Origin: Histomonas meleagridis 2922-C6/04-290x
Taxonomy: Eukaryota; Protista; Parabasalia
Reading direction: 5' to 3'
Assembly (NCBI GenBank): GCA_020184695.1
Contig: JAANOX010000042.1
Coordinates: 186,001-250,000, forward strand
Length of the DNA: 64,000 bases
Part shown: positions 19,757-29,255 of the stretch, piece after piece
Position numbering within the stretch: position 1 is the first letter of the stretch
Layout of the letters: the number at the start of each line of letters is the position of its first letter
Program-made: the position numbers and the translations under genes
The notes under the pieces: model-generated
Told to the model about the DNA's origin: nothing
Database searches by the model: none
Seen by the model: the letters and a program-made list of their open reading frames with translations, nothing else

Positions 19757-22700
19757 TCATTCTTTCTTATTTGCCACCGGGCAAAACAGTGAATTCATTG
19801 GGTTTGTATAATTAACAATTCTATATTGCTCTTCTTGTACCATATTATTATACATTCTTTTCACCTTAAATATAATATCTCCATTACTTTCTTTTGCATC
19901 CAAAAGTACCGAATTTTCTCTTAATGAATCCATAGAATATAAAATCGCGAGTAAAGACTTTGATACATCTTTAATTCTTGTACCAAGTTTTGGTAAAATT
20001 TTCATCTTCACGAAGTTCGATTCATTTTCTAATCCCATAGAAGTCAAATATTCGAACACTTCTTGGAACGTAAACATTTTATCATTTGTTGAAGATTCTT
20101 TCAGCCACTTTAACATTGGTATTATAGTATTAAACCTTGGATCAACTTTAACAGGTGATTCCGGATGAGTTCGCATTGGTATATCCTTAGTCATATCTGA
20201 ACTTGATTGACATTTTTCGAATTTACCAACCATTAATTTCAAGAAGTCATCTTCGTCAACAACTAATGAAGTTTTAGGAACAACAAATTTGTTTTCATCA
20301 TTAATGATTTCTGTTGGTTCAATTAATGGATCGAATTTCATTTCAATCGGTGGTACATATGTAGCGGCTTCACTCGCTTGTGTAGCGGAACTAATTCCAT
20401 GACTATATCGACGGATAGACATGGAACGCTTAATGGCTACGGCTGTTACAACACTAATCATTCCATCCAACATTTCACGTTGTGCTGCATATGGAAGAAT
20501 CTTTGGCGTAATATCATCATTAAGTAAATTATAGACAGATATTAATGATGAACAGTCAGTAATTGTTACAACGTTTCCTTGTTTAACGATAAGTTTTGTA
20601 AGTAAATGTGAAACATCATCAATGCTACGATTCCAATCATAAAATTCAAAGATACTGTCTGAGGCAATATTTGGTATATATTTAGAAAGCTCACATATAA
20701 ATGCTGTTGCATGTTGGCAATTACTTAAATTATTTAATGCAGATTTATATAGCTTTAAAAGTGGAGTTCTGTTGTTTTCGTTGGCAACTTTTTGAATGAA
20801 AACAACCACTGTTTTGAATATCTCGTTCAATAATTGTGTGGAGGCGGTTTCTGTCATTAACGAGTAATGAGTTAACGTCTGACAAAGTGTTGACTGATCG
20901 ACATTTTTAATTAATGCTAAAAGAGGAAGTGAAGAAGGGAATAAATGTGGATATAATTCTTTGATTGGAGCAACGATCATCATTAGTTCATGATTTTTAG
21001 AAGTTTTAATTAAAATTTCAAATATTTTTTGTGATGATTCATTAGTTTCTAAATCTAATGTCATTGGTCGAATGATTCCAATTATATTATCCCAAGCATT
21101 TTGATTAACAGCTGCTGAAGAAAGACATTTTAAGAAAAGTGGTGCAGCTTTTGACAAACATGTTTTAATGAAAACATCACAATCAAGAAAAGAAGTTGCA
21201 TAATTAAATGAATAAACTTCATTACCTTGAAACACTTGTGAATAAAATATAAATGTTTCACCTATGAAATCAGTGAAATAACGTGAACTTGTATCAGATT
21301 TTGTTATATGATATAAAGCAGTTTTACATATTCCTGGGATAATTAATTTATCAATTGGTTTCATAATTTTATTATATATCATTAATGAAAGATAAGCGAA
21401 TTTTAATGATTGGCTACCTAAAACCCATCGTAAAGCTTCAGTACCCCAATTCTTTAAATTATCTTCTGAGTTTAATTTAGATACAAATTGTGGTACAAGT
21501 TGAGCTAATATATCAGAGTCAATTTCTCCTTCAGGAATATCAATTTCGAAATGTTGACAAAGTGTTTCTAATAATGAACATGCGCCAGAATCAGCAAAAA
21601 GAAATGCGAAATGAATTACATTCGAAATGTCATTAAATAATTCAGGTGAATTCTTCTTAAATATATTCGTTAATAATGGTACAATCCACATTTCGTTTTC
21701 AAATGGTTTTGACATACATGAAGTAACATGGAAATGATAAGCAAAAGAACAATGTTGTGATAAAAGTTGAATTACATTAAGTGTATTAGTTTCAATTAAA
21801 TGTAAAAACATTTTCTTCTTAGTATCAACATGAGCCCATTCAGCGATAAATAATGGAATTAATTCAGTATGATCTGGACAATGTAATAATTCTGTCCATA
21901 GCGATGCCATATATCGAAAATCTTCGGATCGAACATTTTCAGTTGCATTCATTAATACTTCAAGAAATCGATAAGGAGTAAAATGCTTAAATATACTTAC
22001 TGTTTGTGGGACACAACTTGTTTGTTTAGGTAAAAGTCTTAATGAGTTTACCCATGGTTTAATTGCTTCAACAATATCTTTAACATTTTTCTGTAAAAGT
22101 GGTTTTTGTATAAATGTTAAAGCATTATGTAATACATCTTCTGCACAATAAGAAAACTTTCGAGGAAGTGAATCTAAATCATATTCAGGATTTGGATCTT
22201 TTTTATATTTATATAAAAGATCAAGTAATTGCTTCAAAAATAAATCAGCTTTAATTGATTCGATTTGTTTATAAACTAAACCAATTAATATTAATAAGCC
22301 ACTTAATTTATAGATATCATTAATATATTTATAATCTAATGCAACAAATAATGCTTCGAAATATAATTCGGATAATTCTCCTGGTTGCATTAAACAAGCT
22401 TCTGCATAAATATCAAATAATAAATCAACATGATAAAATAATAATGAATTTAAGACTTTAATTCCTGATAATTCAATCGAAACAAAATAATTTACAGCTG
22501 TTTCATTAAATAATAAACTATCATTAAATAATGTTCCGACTTTAACAATTATACTAAATGTTCTTGAGACATATGCTCTTAATATTTCTAATGAACTTGA
22601 TTTAGTTAAACCCCAATTAATTAAAAATCGAAATACAATTTCACGACTTGAAATTGGCCAAATAGAATTTTCTTCATTTTCTTGGTAATTATTAAATGTT

Positions 22701-25456
22701 AAACATATTAAAAATAAATAATCACACAAAAATGAACAATTTTTGATAAGAACATTTTCGGAATCATTTGTCCATTTAATTACTCTTGGTGCATTAACTT
22801 TAATTTTAATGAAATAATTTTGTAATAATGAGATAAATGAAATAATATTTGGTCTAATTAATTCAAACAATTCATTTTTTAATTGTGGAGAACGAAGCAT
22901 TTCTACTAATGCACTTGTTGCAAATTTATATTGTTCTTGATGTAAAATTGTTGGGAATTCTTTTAATATTAATGGATAAAATGTATAATTTAAATGTTTC
23001 ATAACAGAGAATCCAAGTTTATTTCTCCATTCTTCACCATTAAATAATTTTTGTAACAAAGCCAAACAATGTGAAGAATCATCTTGTTGACTATTAATTT
23101 CTTCAAATAATGCAAATGATGAAACTTTAATATATTTAATTAAGTTCATATTCGTTAAAGAATTAAAATAAAAAATTAATAATCCAATATTACTTTGATG
23201 AGGAGATCGAATATATTTATATGAAACATTTATATTAATTCTAGTTAATAAAGGTGTATAGTTAATAGATAATAATATATTACAAATTTCTGGTAAGAAA
23301 TATAACCAAATATCATAATAATGTGAATAAGCAGCTGTTGAAAACAAAATTTGTGATTTTGGTATATGAAGTTTAGTTAATGGAATTTCAGAATCTTTTA
23401 ATAATAAAATTTTTTGTTTTGCAATTGATTCTATTAAATTAATTTGTTGATTAATATAAAATAATGAGCCTTTATTATCCAATAATTGATTTATTAATGT
23501 TAATAATTTAATAGAAAGAAATCTAGTCTCAGGATAAATCGATGCTAATCCTAACATTGCATGCATTTCAATATCATAAATTAAATCTTTTTCATAATTA
23601 ATTTTATTTTGTGATATTAAACCTAATAACAATGATATACAAATAAATTGTGATTCATCATTAGGAAATGTATTAAGATATGATATAATAGTTTCAATAA
23701 ATGGTAATAAAAACTTTTCATTCTTAGAGAACTCATGACAAATTGAAATCGCTGCAGAAGAAATATAAAAATTATTATTGAAACTTAATTGTAATATTAA
23801 ATTCATAATATTTGGTGATAACACATCTCTTTTATCAAGTACATATTGGAAAGATTGTAAAAGATGTAATTGCACATTCATTTTATCTTTAACTCGTTGT
23901 GATTGTTTTAATGGCATTTGTAAACATTTAACTTTTTGATTTAGTTTCCATTCTTCAATAATTCCTCGGATTTTTTGATCTGCATCTTGTATCCAATTAT
24001 TATCATTTTCGATACATATTCCATGATTTGTATTTGATATTATTGTATCGAATTGTTCCAAATTTGTAACTACAGTTGGTCGAACAATTGCATTAAATTT
24101 AGTTAAATCTGATGGGGTGATTTCTTTATATGAATTTAACATGAAATCTTCTGAATTAATTAAAGGAATTGCCATTAATAATACAATTAATCGAGGATCT
24201 GTTATTTCTAAAGAAATGAAATTTGGTAATATATTATACAAAAAATAATTGAAGTCTAATGATGCTAAATGTATTAATACATCACAAAATAATTGTGGAC
24301 AAACAGCAAAATTAGATTTGTTGAAGAAATGATGAATAAATAATGATGCAAACGATTCAGGATCATCCATCTTTTTAGTGGGCTCACTATTCCAATGAAC
24401 AAAACAAAGTGGCGACGTGCGATACATGTCACCCCATGACCAATAATACCATTTTACATCAATTTCATCACCAAAAATTAATTTCCTGAAAAGTTTGAGA
24501 GAACGTTGAACTTTTTGATCGTCATTTGTATGTTTGTATACTCTATTTTTGTAAAACGTTTGAATGTGTTGGTTACTTTTTGAAAGCTTAGGGAAAAGTG
24601 CTGATATGAGCTCGAAACATCCATTTTTCAAAGACTTCTCGTTTTTGAGGGAGTATGCAAAGTCGAAAATGCTTTGAAGAAGGTCATTATGTACATGTTC
24701 AGAGGTAATAAGTTTAGAAGTCGATTTGAGAATTGGATTGCTTAAGATTTTCTTCTTTTGAAGACTCTTGAGCTTTTGAAGAAGAATGTTAAGGAAGCTA
24801 GGCGCGTTATCTTGGTTTAAGTCAAGGCGAGTGAATTGAATTAATTTGAACATATTTTCAATTTCTTCTTTCTTTTCATAAGGGTATTGGAAAAATTCAA
24901 ATATTGGACTGATGGTGCTTTCACTTATGATTGAAACAATTAAAGCCCATTGTTTAAGAATTTTATTATAAATAAATTGATAATCTGGTGTAAATTTCGC
25001 TAATGAACCGCAGCACTCAATAACATGGGATGCCGATCCGGAGAAACTGTAAAGAGCAATAATTTGTGCAGTCAAATCAGAAATAAATAATAATTCAAAA
25101 TAAAAGATTAAGTCAGTATGAATTTGGTTTTTGTATTGGAATGAAGTTGAAAGCCCCTGAACAGAAGAAAATAAAACTGCTTGTTTGCTTTTTAATGTTT
25201 TTTTGCATGCATCTGCAAGATATTCTATTATTGGCGTAGAACTATATTTTGCAACTTTAGCTAGGGAACATATTACATTGTTATATTGTGGAAGCTTTCT
25301 TGGGAAGTTGCAAAATACTTCTTTCAGTATTTCATTTGATGAATTTTTAATTCCTTGTAATGAATTAATTGAGTATAGGGCCTGATTGATTGGTGAGATG
25401 AAGGACTCGATTAAACGAGAAAAAACAGATTGAAACAAGGCTGTAGCATTGGTCAT
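19757..25456 (-). CDS. Furry/MOR2/PAG1(TAO3)-like HEAT/ARM scaffold protein
   Basis: 1899-aa helical protein. WGTEALRWVLGSQSLKFAYLSLMIY resembles the conserved Furry/MOR2 segment. Confidence 0.7.
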   Translation of the reverse strand: MTNATALFQSVFSRLIESFISPINQALYSINSLQGIKNSSNEILKEVFCNFPRKLPQYNNVICSLAKVAKYSSTPIIEYLADACKKTLKSKQAVLFSSVQGLSTSFQYKNQIHTDLIFYFELLFISDLTAQIIALYSFSGSASHVIECCGSLAKFTPDYQFIYNKILKQWALIVSIISESTISPIFEFFQYPYEKKEEIENMFKLIQFTRLDLNQDNAPSFLNILLQKLKSLQKKKILSNPILKSTSKLITSEHVHNDLLQSIFDFAYSLKNEKSLKNGCFELISALFPKLSKSNQHIQTFYKNRVYKHTNDDQKVQRSLKLFRKLIFGDEIDVKWYYWSWGDMYRTSPLCFVHWNSEPTKKMDDPESFASLFIHHFFNKSNFAVCPQLFCDVLIHLASLDFNYFLYNILPNFISLEITDPRLIVLLMAIPLINSEDFMLNSYKEITPSDLTKFNAIVRPTVVTNLEQFDTIISNTNHGICIENDNNWIQDADQKIRGIIEEWKLNQKVKCLQMPLKQSQRVKDKMNVQLHLLQSFQYVLDKRDVLSPNIMNLILQLSFNNNFYISSAAISICHEFSKNEKFLLPFIETIISYLNTFPNDESQFICISLLLGLISQNKINYEKDLIYDIEMHAMLGLASIYPETRFLSIKLLTLINQLLDNKGSLFYINQQINLIESIAKQKILLLKDSEIPLTKLHIPKSQILFSTAAYSHYYDIWLYFLPEICNILLSINYTPLLTRININVSYKYIRSPHQSNIGLLIFYFNSLTNMNLIKYIKVSSFALFEEINSQQDDSSHCLALLQKLFNGEEWRNKLGFSVMKHLNYTFYPLILKEFPTILHQEQYKFATSALVEMLRSPQLKNELFELIRPNIISFISLLQNYFIKIKVNAPRVIKWTNDSENVLIKNCSFLCDYLFLICLTFNNYQENEENSIWPISSREIVFRFLINWGLTKSSSLEILRAYVSRTFSIIVKVGTLFNDSLLFNETAVNYFVSIELSGIKVLNSLLFYHVDLLFDIYAEACLMQPGELSELYFEALFVALDYKYINDIYKLSGLLILIGLVYKQIESIKADLFLKQLLDLLYKYKKDPNPEYDLDSLPRKFSYCAEDVLHNALTFIQKPLLQKNVKDIVEAIKPWVNSLRLLPKQTSCVPQTVSIFKHFTPYRFLEVLMNATENVRSEDFRYMASLWTELLHCPDHTELIPLFIAEWAHVDTKKKMFLHLIETNTLNVIQLLSQHCSFAYHFHVTSCMSKPFENEMWIVPLLTNIFKKNSPELFNDISNVIHFAFLFADSGACSLLETLCQHFEIDIPEGEIDSDILAQLVPQFVSKLNSEDNLKNWGTEALRWVLGSQSLKFAYLSLMIYNKIMKPIDKLIIPGICKTALYHITKSDTSSRYFTDFIGETFIFYSQVFQGNEVYSFNYATSFLDCDVFIKTCLSKAAPLFLKCLSSAAVNQNAWDNIIGIIRPMTLDLETNESSQKIFEILIKTSKNHELMMIVAPIKELYPHLFPSSLPLLALIKNVDQSTLCQTLTHYSLMTETASTQLLNEIFKTVVVFIQKVANENNRTPLLKLYKSALNNLSNCQHATAFICELSKYIPNIASDSIFEFYDWNRSIDDVSHLLTKLIVKQGNVVTITDCSSLISVYNLLNDDITPKILPYAAQREMLDGMISVVTAVAIKRSMSIRRYSHGISSATQASEAATYVPPIEMKFDPLIEPTEIINDENKFVVPKTSLVVDEDDFLKLMVGKFEKCQSSSDMTKDIPMRTHPESPVKVDPRFNTIIPMLKWLKESSTNDKMFTFQEVFEYLTSMGLENESNFVKMKILPKLGTRIKDVSKSLLAILYSMDSLRENSVLLDAKESNGDIIFKVKRMYNNMVQEEQYRIVNYTNPMNSLFCPVANKKE

Positions 25457-25759
25457 TTTTAATTTCTAAACGGACACAGTTCAATTCCATATTTTCAATA
25501 ATGTAAACACTTTAAACATTGTTCAATTGCAAGGCATATTTCTTTCGATGTTGTAGGAATTTTGGAACCAAAAAATGTTCATAGGTTTTCTTAAGATTTT
25601 GTTTTTGACAAGAAATACTTTATGAAACTATTTTGTGAAAAATCTAATGAGATTTCGGAACACTAGGATTCAATTTTTTTTTATAAAAATTTTGTTTTCT
25701 CATTGGAGATGCAAAATTGTTGCTGCATAATCAGTTAATATATGTTTATGAAAAATGTA

Positions 25760-25915
25760 TCAACAAGATTTTTGATAAATGTTATTTATGTTATATCAAA
25801 TTTTTAAACATATGTTTTGTGAATCTATTTTATATTTATTACTGTATTTTATTTGGACAAAATAAAGATATTTTCATTTATTTTTTCTCGGTTTATTTCT
25901 ATCATTATTTGGTTG
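25760..25915 (+). repeat. Dispersed AT-rich interspersed repeat, copy C (diverged)
   Basis: ACTGTATTTTATTTGGACAAAATAAAGATATTTTCATTT aligns with copy B ACTCTATTTTATACGCACAAAATAAAAATATTTTCATTT. Upstream CAACAAGATTTTT aligns with CAACATGATTTTT. Confidence 0.5.
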
Positions 25916-26332
25916 TTAAACTAAATAGCTATTCCTAAAAATATATTTTTGATACTGTATAAATTAAAATCAAAAGCTGTCTACAATTTCGTTATATCAT
26001 ACAGCAGATGTAAGCATCATTAAACTTCAAATTAAAAAAATGTCGAAAAATTTTTATGAAATGATCACTAATAAATGCATTGCTTCATGTTTTTAGTATC
26101 AAATTTTCGTGAATTTCCCTTCAAATTTATTATATAAGTCTTGGATAAGAAATTAAGTAAATTCAAATTTGAATAAAGATCACATAAGATTAATTTTAAA
26201 ACTAAAGATGCTAAATCGATGTATACCTAGGTCATCAATGACAAAAATTGTTATTGGTTACTTCACAATACATAAAAAAAATTTTTTTAGATTTTTTTAC
26301 CGCAGAGAAAAATGAAAAATACATTTTGTATT

Positions 26333-26749
26333 TCAAGTCCTGAAGATATCAAAATCATAGTCAATTTCATCCGATTCCTCAATAGGAAATAAATTTAAAA
26401 AAATAAAATCACAATCTTCTTCAACTTTCTCTTCATTATGACTGTTTTTTATAAGAGAAAGCCATCGATTCTTAACACTTGTTGGTGTTCTATTATGCAA
26501 CAATTTAGATATTGACAACCATTTTGGTCCGATTTCCTTGAACTTTGAAAAAATTATTTTGTCTTCTTCTGATGTCCACTTGTTTGTTATTCTATCCTCC
26601 AATTTCCGATATCTATCACGGCATTGTCTTACTGTTTTATTTCCCATTAGATCTGATATCAATTTCCAATCATTAATTCCGTTTTGTTTAACAAATGTTA
26701 TTAATTTATTATCATCTTCTGTTGTAAACTGAGTTCTTTTCACATTCAT
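26333..26749 (-). CDS. R2R3 Myb-like DNA-binding protein
   Basis: FTTEDDNKL...W..I...KTVRQCRDRY, then WTSEEDKII...GPKW..I...RTPTSVKNRW. Confidence 0.92.
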   Translation of the reverse strand: MNVKRTQFTTEDDNKLITFVKQNGINDWKLISDLMGNKTVRQCRDRYRKLEDRITNKWTSEEDKIIFSKFKEIGPKWLSISKLLHNRTPTSVKNRWLSLIKNSHNEEKVEEDCDFIFLNLFPIEESDEIDYDFDIFRT

Positions 26750-27191
26750 TGCTTAAATGTGGCTGGACAATGAAAAATGAGTTAGAACTTTGTCAAAAAA
26801 AGCAAGACTTTTGCTCACCTTCAAACTCCTCTGCTCTGAAAATTGAAATCCCGTTTGAAATTTCAATGCAGCCAGCGGTTTTGAAACGTTAAGAAGACAC
26901 ACATAACCTTCCAAATGTTATTTTATCAATACATTATCAAATTTTCGGTGATAAAGTATTGTCCCGCTAAAGGACACTAACAATTTATTCTTTGCATTTG
27001 GAAATCTTAAGAAATGTTAAAAGTTTTCAAAATATGGCGACCGTTAACATACCGACAAAAAAATTTTTTTCTAGATTATAATCAGAGATTAATAACAAAA
27101 GATGGTTAAGGAAAAATAAAAGTATTCCAAAACATTAATTTAGCTAATTTGTTTCAAATCACATTTGCATTACAATCCGCATACATCTTAT

Positions 27192-28484
27192 TCACATGTA
27201 AACATATGATGGATCAGTTTCACCAATCCAATCACGTATCAATTTTCTCTTTCCGAAGTATGATACGCATAAGAAAATTAATTCAACAACAAATACAACA
27301 AATCCAAAAGACACCATTCCAATAATTGCTGCTTTCTTTGTTTTGCTGTTTCCTTTTGCAGCTTTTGGTGTTTCACTATACATCTGTGGCTTACAATTCG
27401 GATCACTTTCCATTATTGAAAATGTGAATGTATTGAAAGGAAGTTCATTTAGCACAGCGCGTAGCCTGTTAGCCGATGCTTTACTTCCGAACAAATTTGT
27501 AAACCAATCTTCAGAATTATCGTCACATTTTACTGTGAAATCAATTTCAACAGTAAATGGATACTCTTCTTTTAGAGTTATGCCATCGACCTTGTTGGAA
27601 ATGAAGCACGTATTCTTAATAGCAAAATGTGGAACATCAACAAGAAGATACTGGAAGATGAAGGGATGCTGGCGGAAACCGTTATTCAGAAATTGAGCGC
27701 TGTCTATTGAAATCGTGTCAAAAGTTTCTCTGAAAACAATCGCATCGTTTGATGCGAGTTCTGAGACGTGAACAAAACGAATGTCATGTTTGCTGGTGTA
27801 TGACAACTTGCAAAATGAGCCAGACTTGCAGGTGTTGGATGTGGAATTTATGTAGCTGAGCAAAGATTTGCCATGAGATATGTGAAATGTATTTTCTGAA
27901 TTTTGAGATAAACTATTGCATTTGTATAAAAGGGCTTCTTTAAAAATGACGTTTTGTTCTTTGGTGCCATGAATAAAGAATGCATGATTATTTATCTCAG
28001 AATGACAATTGATAAAGCAGCAACTAACACAATACGCACCACTAACAAAGGCATATATTGCTCCACCACTGATGGAAGAGCAGTAAACAAATGAGTTTTT
28101 GTGTAAGATAATAGTTTGCCAAAGATTGCACTGAGGCGTTCCTAAACTGATGGCTCCTCCATACCTATTTCTTGATGTGCAATTTTTGAATAAAGAATTT
28201 CTTATATCAATTTCTTCAGAACATCCATATGAAATTGGGTTTTGAAAAACTGTTTGGTTAAACTTAACCTGTCGCACTATAATAGGTGTATCAAGGACGC
28301 TTAAGAAATTCGACTCAGATATATGTAGACTTGATATTGAAGATTGATATAAAAATGATGAAAATGATTTGAAAAATTGAATCTTTTTAAAAGATACAAC
28401 ACCCCTCTGAGACGATGATGAAAGAGATACAAAAGGTTGCCGAGAAAGACTGGATAACGAAAGCAAAGAGATTGTCAGATTCAT
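27192..28484 (-). CDS. Putative surface type I membrane protein with Pmp-like GGAI repeats
   Basis: GGAISL and GGAIYA motifs with FxNC repeats, a C-terminal TM (AAIIGMVSFGFVVFVVELIFLCVSYF) and a short tail. Confidence 0.65.
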   Translation of the reverse strand: MNLTISLLSLSSLSRQPFVSLSSSSQRGVVSFKKIQFFKSFSSFLYQSSISSLHISESNFLSVLDTPIIVRQVKFNQTVFQNPISYGCSEEIDIRNSLFKNCTSRNRYGGAISLGTPQCNLWQTIILHKNSFVYCSSISGGAIYAFVSGAYCVSCCFINCHSEINNHAFFIHGTKEQNVIFKEALLYKCNSLSQNSENTFHISHGKSLLSYINSTSNTCKSGSFCKLSYTSKHDIRFVHVSELASNDAIVFRETFDTISIDSAQFLNNGFRQHPFIFQYLLVDVPHFAIKNTCFISNKVDGITLKEEYPFTVEIDFTVKCDDNSEDWFTNLFGSKASANRLRAVLNELPFNTFTFSIMESDPNCKPQMYSETPKAAKGNSKTKKAAIIGMVSFGFVVFVVELIFLCVSYFGKRKLIRDWIGETDPSYVYM

Positions 28485-28834
28485 AAGTCAATTGAATGGG
28501 TTTTGTGGAACGATCGTTATAAATTCAATTTCCAGAAATTTGCAAATGGCTCTTCAAGAGCAAACTGTGTAATGTCGACTGTAATGTTTAATTATAATTG
28601 TGATTACAAATCTAAGTTTGTGGTTTAATACATTTCGCTTGGCAAGATACTTGAATTTATCACATTTTCAAAAATATGTACTTATACAAAATAAAATCTA
28701 AATGTTACCCCACAATAAATCTTATGAACAACATTTTTTTTTTTTTAGAAAGATAAATGGATTTTACATAATTGAAAATTAAACAAATGAAAAATTTTCT
28801 TTCAATATCCATTTTATATTTTGGTATTTTTTAT

Positions 28835-29152
28835 TTAATCAAAGAGGTCATCAAATCCACCCATCATTTCAACAACTTCTTCTTCTTCCTTCTTCTTTTC
28901 TTCTTCTTTCTTTTCCTCAGTAGCAGCAGCAGAGGCGCCTCCAGCTGGGGCAGCACCACCGAGAGCGGTACCCTTAACAAGTTCAGAGATATCATGGTTC
29001 TTGAAGTATTCAGCGAAAAGATCAACCCAATATGATTCAAGTTTAACACCAGCAGCACTGATGAGCTTGTTAATCTTGTCGGATGTTATTTCGATTCCAT
29101 CATCGTTGAGGATGAGGGCTGAATAAACAACTGCGAGTTCTGGTGAAGCCAT
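28835..29152 (-). CDS. RPLP1: 60S acidic ribosomal protein P1
   Basis: ELAVVYSALILNDDGIEITSDKI...ESYWVDLF, an Ala/Gly hinge and an acidic tail ending GFDDLFD. Confidence 0.93.
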   Translation of the reverse strand: MASPELAVVYSALILNDDGIEITSDKINKLISAAGVKLESYWVDLFAEYFKNHDISELVKGTALGGAAPAGGASAAATEEKKEEEKKKEEEEVVEMMGGFDDLFD

Positions 29153-29158
29153 TCTTCG

Positions 29159-29209
29159 AAAGGGAGGCCAAAACCGTCACACGGAGGTTTTTACGGTTTT
29201 GTAACGGTT
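29159..29209 (-). promoter_or_regulatory. RPLP1 core promoter: M5 CCTTT (29163-29159) plus tandem AAACCGT M3-like motifs
   Basis: CCTTT lies 6 nt before the ATG. AACCGTTA at 29209-29202 and AAACCGTA at 29199-29192. Confidence 0.55.
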
Positions 29210-29255
29210 TTCTCAGTATAAATGGAAATATCATACAATAAAAATCTATTTTACT

